64,000 bases of DNA, from contig NC_057752.1 in NCBI RefSeq assembly GCF_004010195.1, forward strand, positions 209,241-273,240. The letters run 5' to 3'. The position numbers were made by a program, and so were the translations under genes. The first letter of the stretch is position 1. Each line of letters begins with the position of its first letter. Under the pieces are notes generated by a model that had not been told where the DNA came from, made no database searches, and saw only the letters and a program-made list of their open reading frames with translations. This document shows, in pieces, positions 1 through 13,905 of the stretch. The stretch is from Chiloscyllium plagiosum. Its lineage: Eukaryota.

Positions 1-710
1 CAGCACAGCTGTAATGCTATCCCTTATCAAAAATGCCACTCCCCCTCCTCTCTTGCCTCCCTTTCTATGCTTCCTGTAGCATTTGTATCCTGGAACATTA
101 AGCTGCCAGTCCTGCCCATCCCTGAGCCATGTTTCTGTAATTGCTATGATATCCCAGTCCCATGTCCCTATCCATGTCCCTGCCTGCCCTGACTGTTTGA
201 CTCATTTCTGTTCTCAATTGTACCGGTCTCATATTGATCTCTTTCCTCACTATCTCCCTGGGTCCTACCCACCACACCCCACCTTACTAGTTTAAATCCT
301 CCCAAGCAGTTCTAGCAAATTTCCCTGCCAGTATATTAGTCCCCTTCCAATTTAGGTCACTTGGTTCATATCCCTCCAAACCCTTCCTATTCATATACCC
401 ATCCCAATGCCTTTTAAGTGTTGCAATTTAAACTACATCAACTGCATTATCCTCATCTACAAACTTGATCACCACCTTGAAACATTCATCAGACTTGTTA
501 GGTATGACCTCGCTCTGACAAAACCATGCTGACTGTCCTTGATCAAACCTTACCCCTCTAAATGGAGATTAATTGTCTTCTTCAGGATTGTCTCCAATAG
601 TTCCCAACCACTGATGTGAAACTCACTGTTCAGTAATTCCCTGGTTTATCTCTACCACCCTTCTTGAAAAGTGGAATCATGTTAGCTGTCCTCCAGTCCT
701 CTGGCAGCTC
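1..710 (-). mobile_element. CR1-clade LINE fragments
   Basis: Reverse strand resembles CR1 endonuclease start, 3' end and RT (NYxxVS, QHGF) pieces seen in other CR1 copies in the window. Confidence 0.7.
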
Positions 711-1919
711 TTCATGCTCTACTTTTTTGTCAATCTTGCCAGAGGACCAAAAGACTCAGGTCCTGTTTTTTTATCGCCTTTCAGCAATCTTATAAATTTA
801 AGAAAAGCATGTCTCGATACATATTTTTGTGATGCTTTTCACTACCTCAGGACATCCAAAGTGCTTTTCAAAAGTAGTTATCTGGTTGTACTGGAGACAC
901 TACTCAAATTAAGAACATAACAGAAATTTACATACAGCAAGCTCTCACAAGCAGTATGTGATAATGAATGATCGGAGATAGTTATAGCACAGAGGAGGTT
1001 ATTCAGTCTGTTGTCTGTGCAAAAATAACTCTACGTTCATTTGCCCTTGCCTCAGCCTTGCATTTTTTCTCATCAGGTGCTTATTCAAATCTCTTTTTGA
1101 AAGCCCAGTTGTATTTGCTGCTACTGTCACACTACCAGGTGATACATTCCAGATCCTAACCACTGGCTCTTTTTAACTTAAGCTTTGTGATTTTTGGCAA
1201 TCTCCTTAAACTAGTATCTTCTGCTTCTTGACCCTTCCACCAAAAAGAATAGTTTCTCTCTATCTACTCTGTCCAGATCCCTCATAATTTTGAACACCTC
1301 TGTCAAATCTCCTCTCCTCATCCTTCTCTATGGAGAAGACGCAGCTGTTTCCTATAAATTCACAAAACTGAAATAATTCAATCTGAAACAATTCTCATAA
1401 ATATGTTATAAAGCATTCACATCCTTTTCACAACACTGCCCAGAACTAGACAAAATATGCCAGTTGAAGTTGAATTGGAGTATTATAAATGTTCAACATA
1501 ATCTCCTTGCTTTTGTACTGCATGTCTCCCAGGATCTCATGTCTTATGAAGCACCTTCTCAACTTGTAAAGCCATTTCAATAATTTGTAGATGTAAAGTG
1601 CTAGGTCTCTGTATCTGCACTCCCTTGAATTTTGCCCTCTATTTTACGCTGCCCTCCTTGTTTTTGCTACTTTAAATTTATCACATCACATTTCTGTGCA
1701 TAAAACTTAATGTCCATTCCCCAACTTGTCTCTGTCTTAAAATCTATTACTATCCTCTTCACAGTTGACAATACTTTCATATTTTGTCATCTGTAAGGTC
1801 TGAAATTGTATCCTGCATATCCAAATCTCGGTCATTGTATAGGTCAGGAAAAGCAATGATGCAAGCACACATCCCTATGGGTCCCCAATCTACACATTCC
1901 TCCAGTTTGAACGACAACC

Positions 1920-2540
1920 ATTCACCATTTCTCACAATGCGGTCTCCTTTTACGTTGGGGAGACTGGACACAAACTGGGTGACCACTTTGTAGAACATCT
2001 CCACGCTTTCTGTGAGCAGAACTCTGACTTTCTAGTTACTTGCCATTTCAATAAAGCGTCTTGCTATTAACCTTTCCATCCTGGGCTTGCTAGTTTTCTA
2101 ACAAAGCCTGATCCACACTGGAGGAATAACACATCATTTACTACTTAGAGACTGTAAAGTGTCTAAGACTCAGTGTGGATTTTAACAACTTCAGAGCATG
2201 ACTTCTGTCCCTCATTTTGATTACATCCTACTCATCACCCCAGGCTGAGTCTTGTTTCTGCCTTATTGGATTTGTTGTCAGCAGAGGGGACCCATTTCCT
2301 CTTTTTCACCCCTAACATTTACACCTATTTTGCATGTCTCCCTCCTTTTACTACCATTAACATACTGTCTTTTCTTCTGGGCATCTTCACCATCTGTTCC
2401 ACTTGCTCTTCCTCCCCTGTTTTAAAGTAAAAAAACCCCACAATTTTCAAGTTTCTTTCAGTTCTGAGGAAGAGTCATAGCAAGCTCAAAATATTAACCC
2501 TATTTCTCTCCCCACAGATCTGCCAAGTTTCTCCACATTT
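1920..2540 (+). mobile_element. Degraded Penelope-like element 3' part (GIY-YIG region and terminus)
   Basis: gggagactggacacaaactgggtgaccactttgtagaacatctc resembles the GETxxxLGDxFVEHL motif of the copies at 21.5 kb and 54.5 kb. Confidence 0.6.
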
Positions 2541-5260
2541 TCTGAGTATTTGAGTCTCAAGCGTTTTCTTTTTCACTAGCATTTGTGTAACAGCTTCCTG
2601 GGTAAAGATGTGTAATAATATTAATATCTCAGTCATGTCCTCTGCCTCCATCTATAGATATATGTTCCTTTTGGGCCCGAACTCCCTCAATCCTCTTGTT
2701 ACTGCTCTGCAATATTAAATGACAGCAGAACCCCAAAGCTATCTTTCCAGCTCCTCTTTGAAACAGGATATTTTGCACCTAAATGAAAACCGAAGCTGGG
2801 GCAGATAATTTACTGTCCCATACAAAAGATGGGACCCAGACAATGCAGCATCCCCTTAATACTATACTGGGAGCATCCATCTACATTACATGCATAAGTT
2901 TCTGGACATCAGCCCATGACCTTGTTTTTGTTTTTATTACATTTTTTTTCTACATGTCACACTTAATTCCTGTCAAATTCTAATTTTTTTTTAGATGTAC
3001 ACTCTTGATCCTCTCCTTTTAGAGGCAATTCAGAAGAGGTTCACCTGCAATAAGCAGATTGTTTTATGAGGCTGTACCTGTTTTCGTTTGAATGTAGAGC
3101 GAGGGAGGACTTGATTGAAGAGTATAAGATCCTGAATGATCTTGAGAAGGTGGACATGAAAAGAATGGTTCCTCTTCTGGGTCAGTTCAGAATGAGGGAA
3201 TACTGTTTTAAAATTTGGGGTCACTTTTTCACGACAGATGAAACTTTTTTTTGAGGGCTGTGCAATTTTGTAACTGCCTCTGAGGATGGTGGAGGCGGGG
3301 TCACTAAATATTTTACTTATAACCAACCTATTCAGGAAAATATGTTACATACCTCTGGAGTAGGTGGGACTTGAACCCAGACCTCCTGGTCCAGAGGTAG
3401 GGACACTACTACTGTTCCACAAGCGCTCAAAGGTCAATAAATTCCCAGGGCTCTATTTATTTAAATCTACATCCCAGAGTACAAAAGGAAGTGGCCCTAT
3501 AAATAGTGAATGTGGTCATCTTTTAAGGTTTTACAGACTCTGTTACAGTTCCTGTGGATTGGAGGGAAGCCAATGTAACCCCTCTATTTTAAATGGGAGG
3601 CAGAGAAAAAAATTAGAATTAAAGACCAGTTAGCTTGATGTCAGTATTGGGGAAAAATGCTTGAGTCCATTTTAAAAGTGTTAATAGCAGAGAACCTGGG
3701 AAAACAGTGACAGATTAGACAGTCAGCATAGATTTACAAAAGGGAAATCATGCTTGACAAATCCAGTGGATTTTGTTTGAGAATGTAACGTGTAGAGTTG
3801 ATAAGGGGGAGCCAGTGGATGTGGTTTGTTTGGACTTTCAGAAGGCTTTTGATAATCCCACTTAACAAATTAGCAAGTAAAATTAAAGTACATGGGACTG
3901 GGGGTAGTACACTGACATGGATAGAAAACTGGCTGGCAGACAGGAAACCAATTTGGACCAAATAGGTCTTTTTTTCTTCGTGGCAGGCAGTGACAAGGGG
4001 GTTCCACAGGAATCTATGCGTGGACCCCTGATATTCACAATATATATGAATGATTTTAGATGAGGGAACTAAATGTATATCTCCACGTTTGCAGATAACA
4101 CAAAGCGAGAAGGGGACATGAACTGTTAGGAGGATACAGACATGCTTCAGTGTGATTTGGACAAATTGAATTAGTGGGCAAATGCAGTAAAATGCAGATA
4201 AATGTGAAGTGATCCACTTTGATAGAAAAAGCAGGGAAGTAGGTTATTATCGGAATGGTGGTAGTGAGTTTTGAGAATGGTGGTAAATTGGGAAAGGGGG
4301 AGGTACATTGAAACCTGGGTATCTTTGTACACCTGTTCCTGAAAGTAAGGCTGCAGGTGGTGAAGAAGGCAAATGGTATGTTGGCCTTCATAAAGGATTA
4401 GAGTACAGGAGCTGGGATGTCTTCCTGTAATTGTACGGGGTCTTAGAGACCACACCTGGAGTATTATGGATAGTTTTGGTCTCCATATCTGAGGAAGGAT
4501 ATTCTGGCTGTGAAGGGACACCAGACTGATTCCTGGGAATGACAGGTAACAAAAGACTGGATTGGTTTGGACTATATTCACTGCGTAGTTTAGATGAACA
4601 ACAGGAAATCTCAGAGAAACCTATGAAATGCTTACAGGAACAGGCAAATTGGATACACAACTGGCTTGATGGCTGGAAACAGAGGGTAATAGTGGAAGCA
4701 TGCTTGTCGGCTGGAGGCCTGTGAGTAGTGGAGTCCCTCGGGTTGGTGCTGGGTCCCATTACTGTTACCTATATCAATGCTGGGCCATTACTGTTATCTA
4801 TATCAATGATTTGGATGAGGATGTACAAGGCATGATTAGTAAGCTTGCAGATGACACTAAAATAGGCAGTATTGTGGACAGTGAGGATGTTTATCAGAAA
4901 TTGCAGCTGAACCTTGATCAGCTGGGGAAGTGGGCCAAGAAATGGCAAATGGAGTTTAATTTGGATACGCGTGAGGGCTTGCATTTTAGAAAGTCAAATC
5001 AAGATAGGGGTTTCATGGTGAATGGTAGGGCCTTTAGGAGTGTAATGGAGCAGAGGGACCTTGGAGTTCAGGTGCATGGTTCTCTGAAAGTGGAGTCACA
5101 GGTAGACAGGGCAGTGAAGAAGGCTTTTGGCACACTGGCCTTCAGTCAGGGGAATGCGTATAGAAGTTGGGAAGTTGCGTTGCAATTGTGCAGGACATTG
5201 GTGAGGCTACACTTGGGAGTATCGTGTTCCGTTTTGGTCACCTCGCTATAGGAAGGTTGT

Positions 5261-7155
5261 CAAGAGTGTGGTGCTGGAAAAACACAGCAGGTCAGGCATT
5301 ATTCGAGGAGCAGGAAAATTGATGTTTTGGGCAAAAGCTCTTCATCAGGGGTTAGGCTGGGAGGCTCAGGGGTGGAGAGACAAATGAGAGGGGGTGGGGC
5401 TGGGGGAAAGGTAGCTGAGAGTGCAATATGTGGATGGAGGTGGCAGTAAAGGCGATTGCTCGGAGGGGAGGGTGGTGCAGATAGGTGGGAAGGAAGGTAG
5501 AATGATGGGACAGATCATGGTGCTGAGATGGAAGGTTGGGTAAGGTGGGGGGAGGGGAAATGAGGAAACTGGTGAAATCCACATTAATGCCATGGGGTTG
5601 GAGGGTCCCGAGGCAGAAGATGAGGCGTGCTTCCTCCAGGCGTCGGGTGGTAAGGGAGTGGCGATGGGGGAGGCCCAGGACCTGCATGTCCTTGGCAGAG
5701 TGGGAGGGGGAGTTGAAGTGTTCAGCCACAGGGCAGTGGGGTTGGTAGGTGCGGATGTTCCCAGAGATGTTCTCTGAAGCGCTCTATGAGTAGGCATCCA
5801 GTGTCCCCAATGTAGAAGAGACCGCATCGGGAGCAACAAATACAGTAAATGACATGTGTGGAAGTGCAAGTGAAACTTTGATGGGTGTGGAATGCTCCTT
5901 TGGGGGCTTGGATGGAGGTGAGGGGAGAGGTGTGGGTCCAGATTTTGCACTTCGTGAGAAGGAGGCCATCTGGTGTGTTCTATGGTGGAACTGGTCCACC
6001 TGGGAGCGGATGAGGCGGAGGAATTGGGAATAAAGGATAGCATTTTTGAAGGAGGCAGGGTGGGAGGAAGTGTAATTCAAGTAGCTGTGGGAGTCGATGG
6101 GTTTGTAGAAAATGTCAATATTGAGTCGGTCTCCATAGATGGAGAGGTCCAGAGATGGTCCAGGTGAATTTAAGGTCTGGGTGGAATGTGTTGGTGAACT
6201 GTTCAACCTCCTCATGGGAGCACGAGGTGGTGCCGATGCAGTCATCAATGGAGCGAAGGAAAAGGTGGGGAGTGGTGCCGGTGTAACTGCGGAAGATAGA
6301 CTGTTCCACGTAGCTGACAAAGAGACAGGCATAGCTGGGGCCCATGTGGGTGCCCATGGCTACTCTTTTTTTTGTCTGGAGGAAGTGGGAGGATTCGAAG
6401 GAGAAATTGTTGAGGGTGAGGACCAGTTCAGCCAAACGAATGAGTGTCAGTGGAAGGGTACTGGTGGGGATGGCGGGAGAGGAAGAAATTGAGGTCTTGG
6501 AGGACCTGGTCATGGCGGATGGAGGTGTATAGGGGCTGGATGTCCATGGTGAAGATGAGGCATTGGTGGCCAGGGAAACGGAGGTCTTGGAGGTGGAGGG
6601 TGTGGGTGGTGTCCCGAATGTATGTTGGGAGTTCCTGGACTGGGGGGATAGGACAGTATCAAAGATGGTGGGGCAGGAGCAGGCTGAGATGATAGGTCGG
6701 CCGGGGTAGTCAGGCTTGTGGATCTTGGGTAGGAGGTAGAACCGGGTCGTGCGGGGTTCCCAAACTGAGGTTGGAAATGGGTGGGAGATCCCCTGAGGTG
6801 ATTGAGATTGTGTACAGTCTGGGAGATGATGGTTTGGTGATGGGAGGTGAGGTTGTGATCGAGTGGGCGGTAGGAGGATGTGTCTTCAAGTTGGTGCCTG
6901 GCTTCAGCAGTGTAGAGGTCAGTGCGCCAAACTACCAATACACCACCACCACCACCCCCCTCCCCCACCCCGGTCTAGTGGGTGAGGGGGGTGGACCGGT
7001 TGAGGCCGTCAATGTCTCAGTGGCAGTTGAAATAAAGAGGTCAAGGGCAGGTAACAGACCGGCATGGGATGTCCAGGTGGATGAGGTGTGTTGGAGGCAG
7101 GCGAACGGGTTCTCAGGAGCTGAAAATGTAAACTTGGAGGTGGCGGAAGAAGTGG
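5261..7155 (-). mobile_element. Penelope-like element (RT + GIY-YIG), frameshifted
   Basis: ORFs with VAMGTHMGPSYACLFV, SIDD, DIFYKPIDSHSYLNY and RRLEEARLIFCLGTLQPHGINVDF. Flanked by a near-direct repeat taggaagg(t/a)tgt at 5249-5260 and 7156-7167. Confidence 0.9.
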
Positions 7156-7555
7156 TAGGAAGGATGTTATTAAACTGGAAAGAGTGCAGAAGAAATTTCC
7201 AAGGATGTTGCCAGGACTCAACGGTCTGAATTATAGGGAGAGGTTGGACATGCTAGGACGTTTTCTTTAGAGCGTAGGAGATTGAGGGGGGACCTTTGTA
7301 GAGGTGTATAAGATCATGAGAGGCGTGAATAGGGAGAATGCACTCTGTCTTTTACCTAGGGTTGGGGAATCGAGGACTGGAAGGCATCGGTTTAAGGTTA
7401 GAGGGGAAAGAAGAAAAGGGAACTGAGGGCCAGCTTTTTTTACGTAGAGGGTGGTACACATTGGAATGAGCTGACAGTGGGAGTGGTTGAGGCAGGTACA
7501 TTAACGACATTTAAAAGGCATTTGAACAAATACATGAATAGGAAAGGTTTAGAGG

Positions 7556-9455
7556 AAGCAAGGGTCTAGCACAGCTTTAGAGGATTACAGGCTTACTAGA
7601 AAGGAGCTCAGAAATGGACTGAGGAGAGCCAGGAGGGGACATGCAAAAGTCTTGGCAGGAAGGATTAGGGAGAACCCAAAGGCATTTTACTCATACGTGA
7701 GGAATAAGAGAGTGATCAGGGAGAAGGTCAGACTGGTCAGGGATAGCATAGGGAATTTGTGCGTGGAGCCTGAGCAGATAAAGGAAGCCCTAAATGAGTT
7801 TTTTCCTTCAGTTTTCACGAAGGAAAGGGACCTTGTTGTGAATGAGAATTTTGAGGAGCTAGGAAACAGGCTTGAACAGATTAAGATTGAAGTTGATGTG
7901 CTGGAAATTTTGGCAAACATTAAAATTGATAAGTCCCCAGGGCCAGACCAGGTTGCTCTGGGAAGCGAGAAAGGAGGTTGCTAAGCTGCTGGCGAAGATC
8001 TTTGCTTCCTCATTCTCCATGGGAGTCGTAACGGAGGATTGGACGGAGGCGAATGTTGTTCCTCTTTTCAAGAAGGGGAATAGGGAAATCCCTGGCAACT
8101 ACAGACCAGTCAGTCTTACGTCTGTGGTCAGCAAGGTTTTGGAAACAATTCTGAGGGATAGGATTTATGACTATTTGGAAAAGCATAGCATGATTAATGA
8201 CCGTCAGCATGGCTTTGTGAGGGTCAGGTCATGCCTCACAAATTTTACTGAGTTCTTTGAGGAGGGGACGAGACAGGTTGATGAAGGTCAAGCAGTGGAT
8301 TGGTGTATATGGACTTCAACAAGGCACTTGATAAGGTTCCCCATGGTAGGCTCAATCATAAAGTCAGGAGGTATGGGACACAGGGAGATTTGATTGTCTG
8401 GATTCAGAATTGGTTGGCTGACAGAAGGCAGAGAGTGGTTGTAGATGGAAAGTATTCTGCCTGGAGGTCAGTGGTGAGTGGTGTCCCACAGGGCTCTGTT
8501 CTTGGGCCTCTGCTCTTTGTAATTTTTATAAATGACTTGGATGAGGAGGTTGAGGGGGTGGGTTAGTAAATTTGCCGATGACACAAAGGTTGGAGGTGCC
8601 ATTGATCGTATCGAGGGCTATTGCAGGCTGCAGCGCGACATTGACAATATGCAGAGCTGGGCTAAGAAACGGCAGATGGAATTCAACCTGGATAAATGCG
8701 AAGTGATGCATTTCACAAGGTAAAACTTGAATCGTGAACATAGAACTAAAGATAGGATTCTTGGCAGTGTGGAGGAACAGAGGGATCTTGGTGTTCAAGT
8801 GGATAGATCCCTCAAAGTTGCCAACCAAGTGGATTGTTGTTGTTAAAAAGCATATGGTGTTTTGGCTTTCATTAACAGGGGGATCGAGTTTAAGAACCGT
8901 GAGGTTTTACTGCAGCTCTACAAGACCCTGGTGAGACCAAGCTTGGAATATTGTGTCCAGTTCTGGTTGCCCTATTACAGAAAAGATACTGAGGTTTTGG
9001 AGAGAGTGTAAAGGAGGTTTACCAGGTTGCTGCCTGGACTGGAGGGCTTGTCTTACAAAGAGAGGTTGACTGAGCTCTGACGTTTCTCTCTGAAGAGAAG
9101 GAGGAAGAGAGGTGACTTGATCGAGGTATACAAGGTAATGAGAGGCATGGATAGAGTCAATAGCCAGAGACGTTTCCCCAGGACAGGGTTGACTCGCACG
9201 AGGGGTCTTAGTTTTAAGATATGAGGAGGAAGGTATAGAGGAAGGTTCTTTTCGCAGAGAATTGAGTGCATGGAATGTGTTGCCAGTGATGATGGTGGAA
9301 GCAGAATCATTGGGGACATCTAAGTGACTGCTGGACATGCACATGGACAGCAGTGATTTGAGGGGGACAGCAGTGAATTGAAGGATGTGTAGGTTAGGTT
9401 ATTTTATTTTAGATTAGGAATAATCCTCGGCACAACATCTATGTTCTATGTTTAT
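7556..9455 (+). mobile_element. CR1 LINE, 5' truncated, frameshifted ORF2
   Basis: [28 protein letters not shown] and FADDTKVGG; ctatgttctatg tail. Confidence 0.92.
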
Positions 9456-9664
9456 GATATGGGCTTAGTGCAGGGAAATGGGGTTAGTGTCGATCGACAT
9501 TTTGGTCAGCATGGACCAGTTTGGGCCAAAGGGCCTGCCTCTGTGCTGTAGGACTCTATGACTCTATATCTATGACCATACAGGATAGATGCAGGACAGA
9601 TGTTCCCGATGATCAGGGACTCCAGAATCAGGGATCATAGTCTCAGAATATGAGGTAATGCCAC

Positions 9665-11484
9665 GTAAAAACAAAGAAAATTACAGCACAGGAACAGGCC
9701 CTCAGCCCTCCAAGCCTACGCCAATCCAGATCCTCTATCTAAACCTATCGCCTAGTTTCTAAGGATCTGTATCCCTCTGCTCCCTGCCCATTCATATATC
9801 TGTCTAGATACATCTTAAATTATGCTATCGTGCCTGCCTCCACTGGCAACATATTCCAGACACCCACCACCCTCTGCGTAAAGAACTTTCTATGCATATC
9901 TCCCTTAAACTTTTCCCCTCTCACCCTGAACTCGTGACCCCTCGTAATTGAGTCCCCCACTCTGGGGACTTCTTGCTATCCACCCTGTCTGTACCTCAAG
10001 ATTTTGTAGACCTCAATCAGGTCCCCCCTCAACCTCCATCTTTCTAATGAAAATAATCCTAATCTACTCAACCTCTCTTCATAGCTAGCACTCTCCATAC
10101 TAGGCAACATCCTGGTGAACCTCCTCTGCACCCCCTCCAAAGCATCCACATCCTTTTGTTAATGTGGCGACCAAAACTGTATGCAGTATTCCAAATGGGG
10201 CCGAACCAAAGTCATTTACAACTGTAACATGACCTGCCAACTCTTGTAACTCAATACCCCGTCCGATGAAGGAAAGCATGCCATATATCAACTTGACCAC
10301 TCTATCGACCTGCGTTGCCACCTTTAGGGTACAATGGACCTGAACACCCAGATCTGTCTGTACATCAATTTTCCCCAGGGCTTTTCCATTTACCATATAG
10401 TTTGCTCTTGAACTGGATCTTAAAAAATGCATCACCTCGCATTTGGCCGGATTGAACTCCATCTGCTACTTCTCTGCCCAACTCTCCAATCTTTCTATAT
10501 TCTGCTACATTCTCTGACAGACCCCTTCATTTTCTGCTACTCCACCAATCTTAGTGTCATCTGCAAACTTGCTAATCAGACCACCTCCAGATCATTTATG
10601 TATATCACACACAACAGCGGTCCCAGCATGGATCCCTGTGGAACACCACTGGTCACAGTTCTCCATTTTGAGAAACTCCTTCCCACTACTACTGTCTCCT
10701 GTTGCCCAGCAAGTTCTCTAACCATCTAGCTAGACCACCCTGGACCACATGCAACTTCACTTTCTCCATCAGCCTACCATGGGGAACCTTATCAAACACC
10801 TTACTGGAGTCCATGTATATGACATCTACAGCCCTTCCCTCATCAATCAACTTTGTCACTTCCTCAAAGAATTCTATTAAGTTGGTAAGACATGGCCTTC
10901 CCTGCACAAAATCATATTGCCAATCACTGATAAGCCCATTTTCTTCCAAATGGGAATAGATCCTATCCCTCAGTATCTTCTCCAGCAATTTCTCTACCAC
11001 TGATGTCAGGCTCACAGGTCTATAATTATCTGGATTATCCCTGCTGCCCTTCTTAAACAAGGGGACATTAGCAATTCTCCAGTCCTCCAAGACCTCACCC
11101 GTGTTCAAGGATGCTGCAAAGATATCTGTTAAGGCCCCAGCTATTTCCTCTCTTGCTTCCCTTAGTAACCTGAGATAGATCCCATCCAGACCTGGGGACT
11201 TGTCCACTTAATGCCTTTTTGAATACCCAACACTTCCTCCCTCCTTATGCCAATTTGACCTACAGTAATCAAACATCTACCTCTAACCTCAACATCTGTC
11301 ATGTCCCTCTCCTCGGTGAATATCAATACAAAGTACTCATTAAGAATCTCACCCATTTTTTCTGTCTCCATGCATAACTTTCCACCTTTTGTCCTTGAGT
11401 GAGCCAATCCTTTCTCTAGTTCCCCTCTTGCTCCTTAGATATGAATAAAAGCCTTTGGAATTTTCCTTCACCTTGTTTGCTAAA
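9665..11484 (-). mobile_element. CR1 LINE, 5' truncated
   Basis: ORF 10689-11207 DKSPGLDGIY...NYRPVSLTSVV...; 3' end at 9665. Confidence 0.92.
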
Positions 11485-13249
11485 GTGAGACTGAGATGAG
11501 GAGAAATTTCTAGCTAGTGGGGAGCCTCTGGAATTCACTGCCACAGAATGCAATTGAGGACAAAACATTGAATGATTTCAAGAAGGAATTAGATATAGTT
11601 CTTAGAACAAAAGGGATCAAAGAGTATGAAGAGAAAGCAGGAACAGTGTACAAAGTTGTATAATCATATTGAATAGAAGAGCATGCTCAAGTGGCCTAAT
11701 CCAGCACCTATTTTCTTTTTCTATGAAGACATTTGCTGTTTGGTGTTAGGATCCTTCATCAGACATGTCTGTATATCTCTCATTGCCCTTCTGATCAAGA
11801 GTCCACACCTCAAGTGTTAACTGCTATGTTCTTGCCATGGAGTTCCCTGACCAACTGAATCTTTCCTGCATCTCCTTGGGTTTTTTTCCTTTTCATCCTT
11901 TAAACTATTTGCAAACATATGGTCAGCATAATGTGAAATTTGTTTACTTCATAATAAATAAACCCCTGCCACATTTGTTCATGGTTTGAATCCCTCAAAG
12001 TAAATATCTGTTCACATTAGTTACCAGTTTGGTAGAAATATTTGTTCAACTTTGCTTTCTGCTTGGTGTTTCAACAATGTTTAAAACTTTTAAGCATTGG
12101 GCAAGATGCTCCAAATTTCTTTCACTTCCCATTTTGTGCTGTGATTGTGTGCTAATATTTTGTCGTCTGTGTATGATAAATTAAAAGTACCAATTTTATT
12201 TAATTATCCCTTTCTCAATAGATATCTTGCATTGCAGTGATCAGTGACAGCTTTAACTTTTATTCTATTGTCTTCCTTGACAATAGTGACTACGCTTTTA
12301 AAAGTACTTTGTTACCAAAGTGTGTGTGTGGTGAACCTGGGATAGATCCCACAAGATTGGGTTCCGCTGTGGTAGCTCCCATGATCGAGACTGACACCAT
12401 TTATTGCTGAGGGTTGTGTGTAACAGCAGTACTGTTTGCATGTGTCAGTATCTTTTTAGTGGGGGACAAGGTATAGTACAGGTTAGCAATTGATGAGTAC
12501 AATGGATAGTTTGTTCTGTACTCCAATCACTGTTCTTCTTGAATCAGCTGTTAACGTTTTAGCCAGTACTCCCTTCAATTTTGAAGTCAGTCCCACCATA
12601 GTAGAGTCTAGCTTCAGTTATGCATTTTGTGCATGTTTTATTTAATCATCTGAAAACAAGGATGTAAAAATGGGCTGCATTGCAACATTAGTGGTGGGGG
12701 TACAATGAAGGATCTATTGTCACAATCAACTGTTGTTTTTCAGACTTTGAAAAATTCCTCCCAAGTAGTCGAATACTTGGATGTCTACACGATGTAATAC
12801 AGATAAATGATAAACACAGTGGCTATTCTTCACAAGCAGCAGGATGATTGTTCAATAACTGCAGGTATCAAATGTCCTGATCACGACATATTGTCACTCG
12901 TGTGCATATGCACTTCAGCAATGGTTATTAAATACTAACTTAAATCTTAGATTGATAGTTTTTTTTACCTTCCCCTTTCCACTGGAATTGCTTTCGTTTA
13001 AGATGCTCTTTAAAACCTACCTTTTTGTCCTAACGTTATCATCTCTGGTGCCAAGTTTTGTTTGATACCGCTGTTGTAGATGGCTTGGGATGTCTTACTA
13101 CGTTAAAGGCGATATACAAACGCAAATTGTCGTTATCAAGACTCTAAACCTGAAGACTGTTTTTGGGTCGGTGATGTCAAATGACTCTAGTTTTACTCAT
13201 TCTTTCGCAAAATCTAACTTTTAATCCCAGATCAAGGGAAGGCTTTGTT

Positions 13250-13520
13250 TTGGCGAGAATTTTGCATCTCCGTACAGAGAATCGATGAAGTGTAGTTTCA
13301 ACAGCTGAAGTGGGCTAACTGACAAAGAGCGGCTTTGAGCAGCCTCGCGATCCTGCTATTCGCTGAGCGCGTGCACCTGAAAACACAGGACCCTCTCCCG
13401 CCTAAGAATGCTGCGCATGTGCTTTTTCTTCGGTTAGTCGACGTTGTTCAGTGCGGGAGGACGCGTGAAAAATTGCTGAGGGCGATTCTCATACACATGG
13501 AGAGAAATATACGGTTCAAC
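13250..13520. promoter_or_regulatory. CpG-enriched promoter-like segment
   Basis: About 19 CpGs in about 270 bp of unique sequence against a CpG-depleted background. NRF1-like TGCGCATGTGC (13412-13422), TCCCGCC GC/E2F-like box and CTCGCGA. Confidence 0.55.
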
Positions 13521-13617
13521 TTCTCTTTTTTTATTTTGATATTTTACAATTGGGGCCTTCTAACTTTTTGGTTGTCATCCAAGAACAGCGGTTAACATTG
13601 TGTGGTATTTTGTTTGG

Positions 13618-13905
13618 GGGAGGCAGTGGCCTAGTGGTTTTATCAGTCAACATAGGTAATGTTCTGGGAACCTGAAAATCTGGAGTTAAGAGTCGAATGA
13701 TAATAAAACTATTGTTGATTGTCAGCAAAAACCCATCTGTTTCACCAGTTTCCTTTTTCACCAGGAAGGAAATTGTTGTCCTTACCTGGTCTGGCCTACA
13801 TGTGACTTCAGATCCACAGCAATATGGTTGACTCTTATTTAAGGATGGGTAATAAATGTTGGTCTAGCCAGAGACATCCACGTCATGTAAATGAATGGAA
13901 AAAAG
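13618..13905 (+). mobile_element. tRNA-derived SINE
   Basis: GGCAGTGGCCTAGTGG A-box-like head. The 3' tail (gggtaataaatgttggtctagccag...aatgaat + A-run) is shared with the LINE end at 41210. A related copy lies on the minus strand at about 44500-44770. Confidence 0.7.

Larger units (their letters stand above)
4640..9575 (+). mobile_element. CR1 (HER1-like) LINE, itself split (4640-5260, 7156-7555, 9456-9575)
   Basis: ORF 4700-5251 YINDLDEDVQGMISKLADDTKIG; the sequence resumes at 7156 and 9456 and ends in gactctatgactcta. Confidence 0.85.
3540..11725 (+). mobile_element. Old CR1 LINE split into three pieces (3540-4640, 9580-9663, 11485-11725) by younger insertions
   Basis: RT-region remnants (DFQKAFD, FADN) and a 3' tail that resumes collinearly after each insert. 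Confidence 0.75.

Noticed and set aside
1..13000. ATP23 or other neighbour expected from human synteny
   Set aside because: No recognisable exon found by manual reading.
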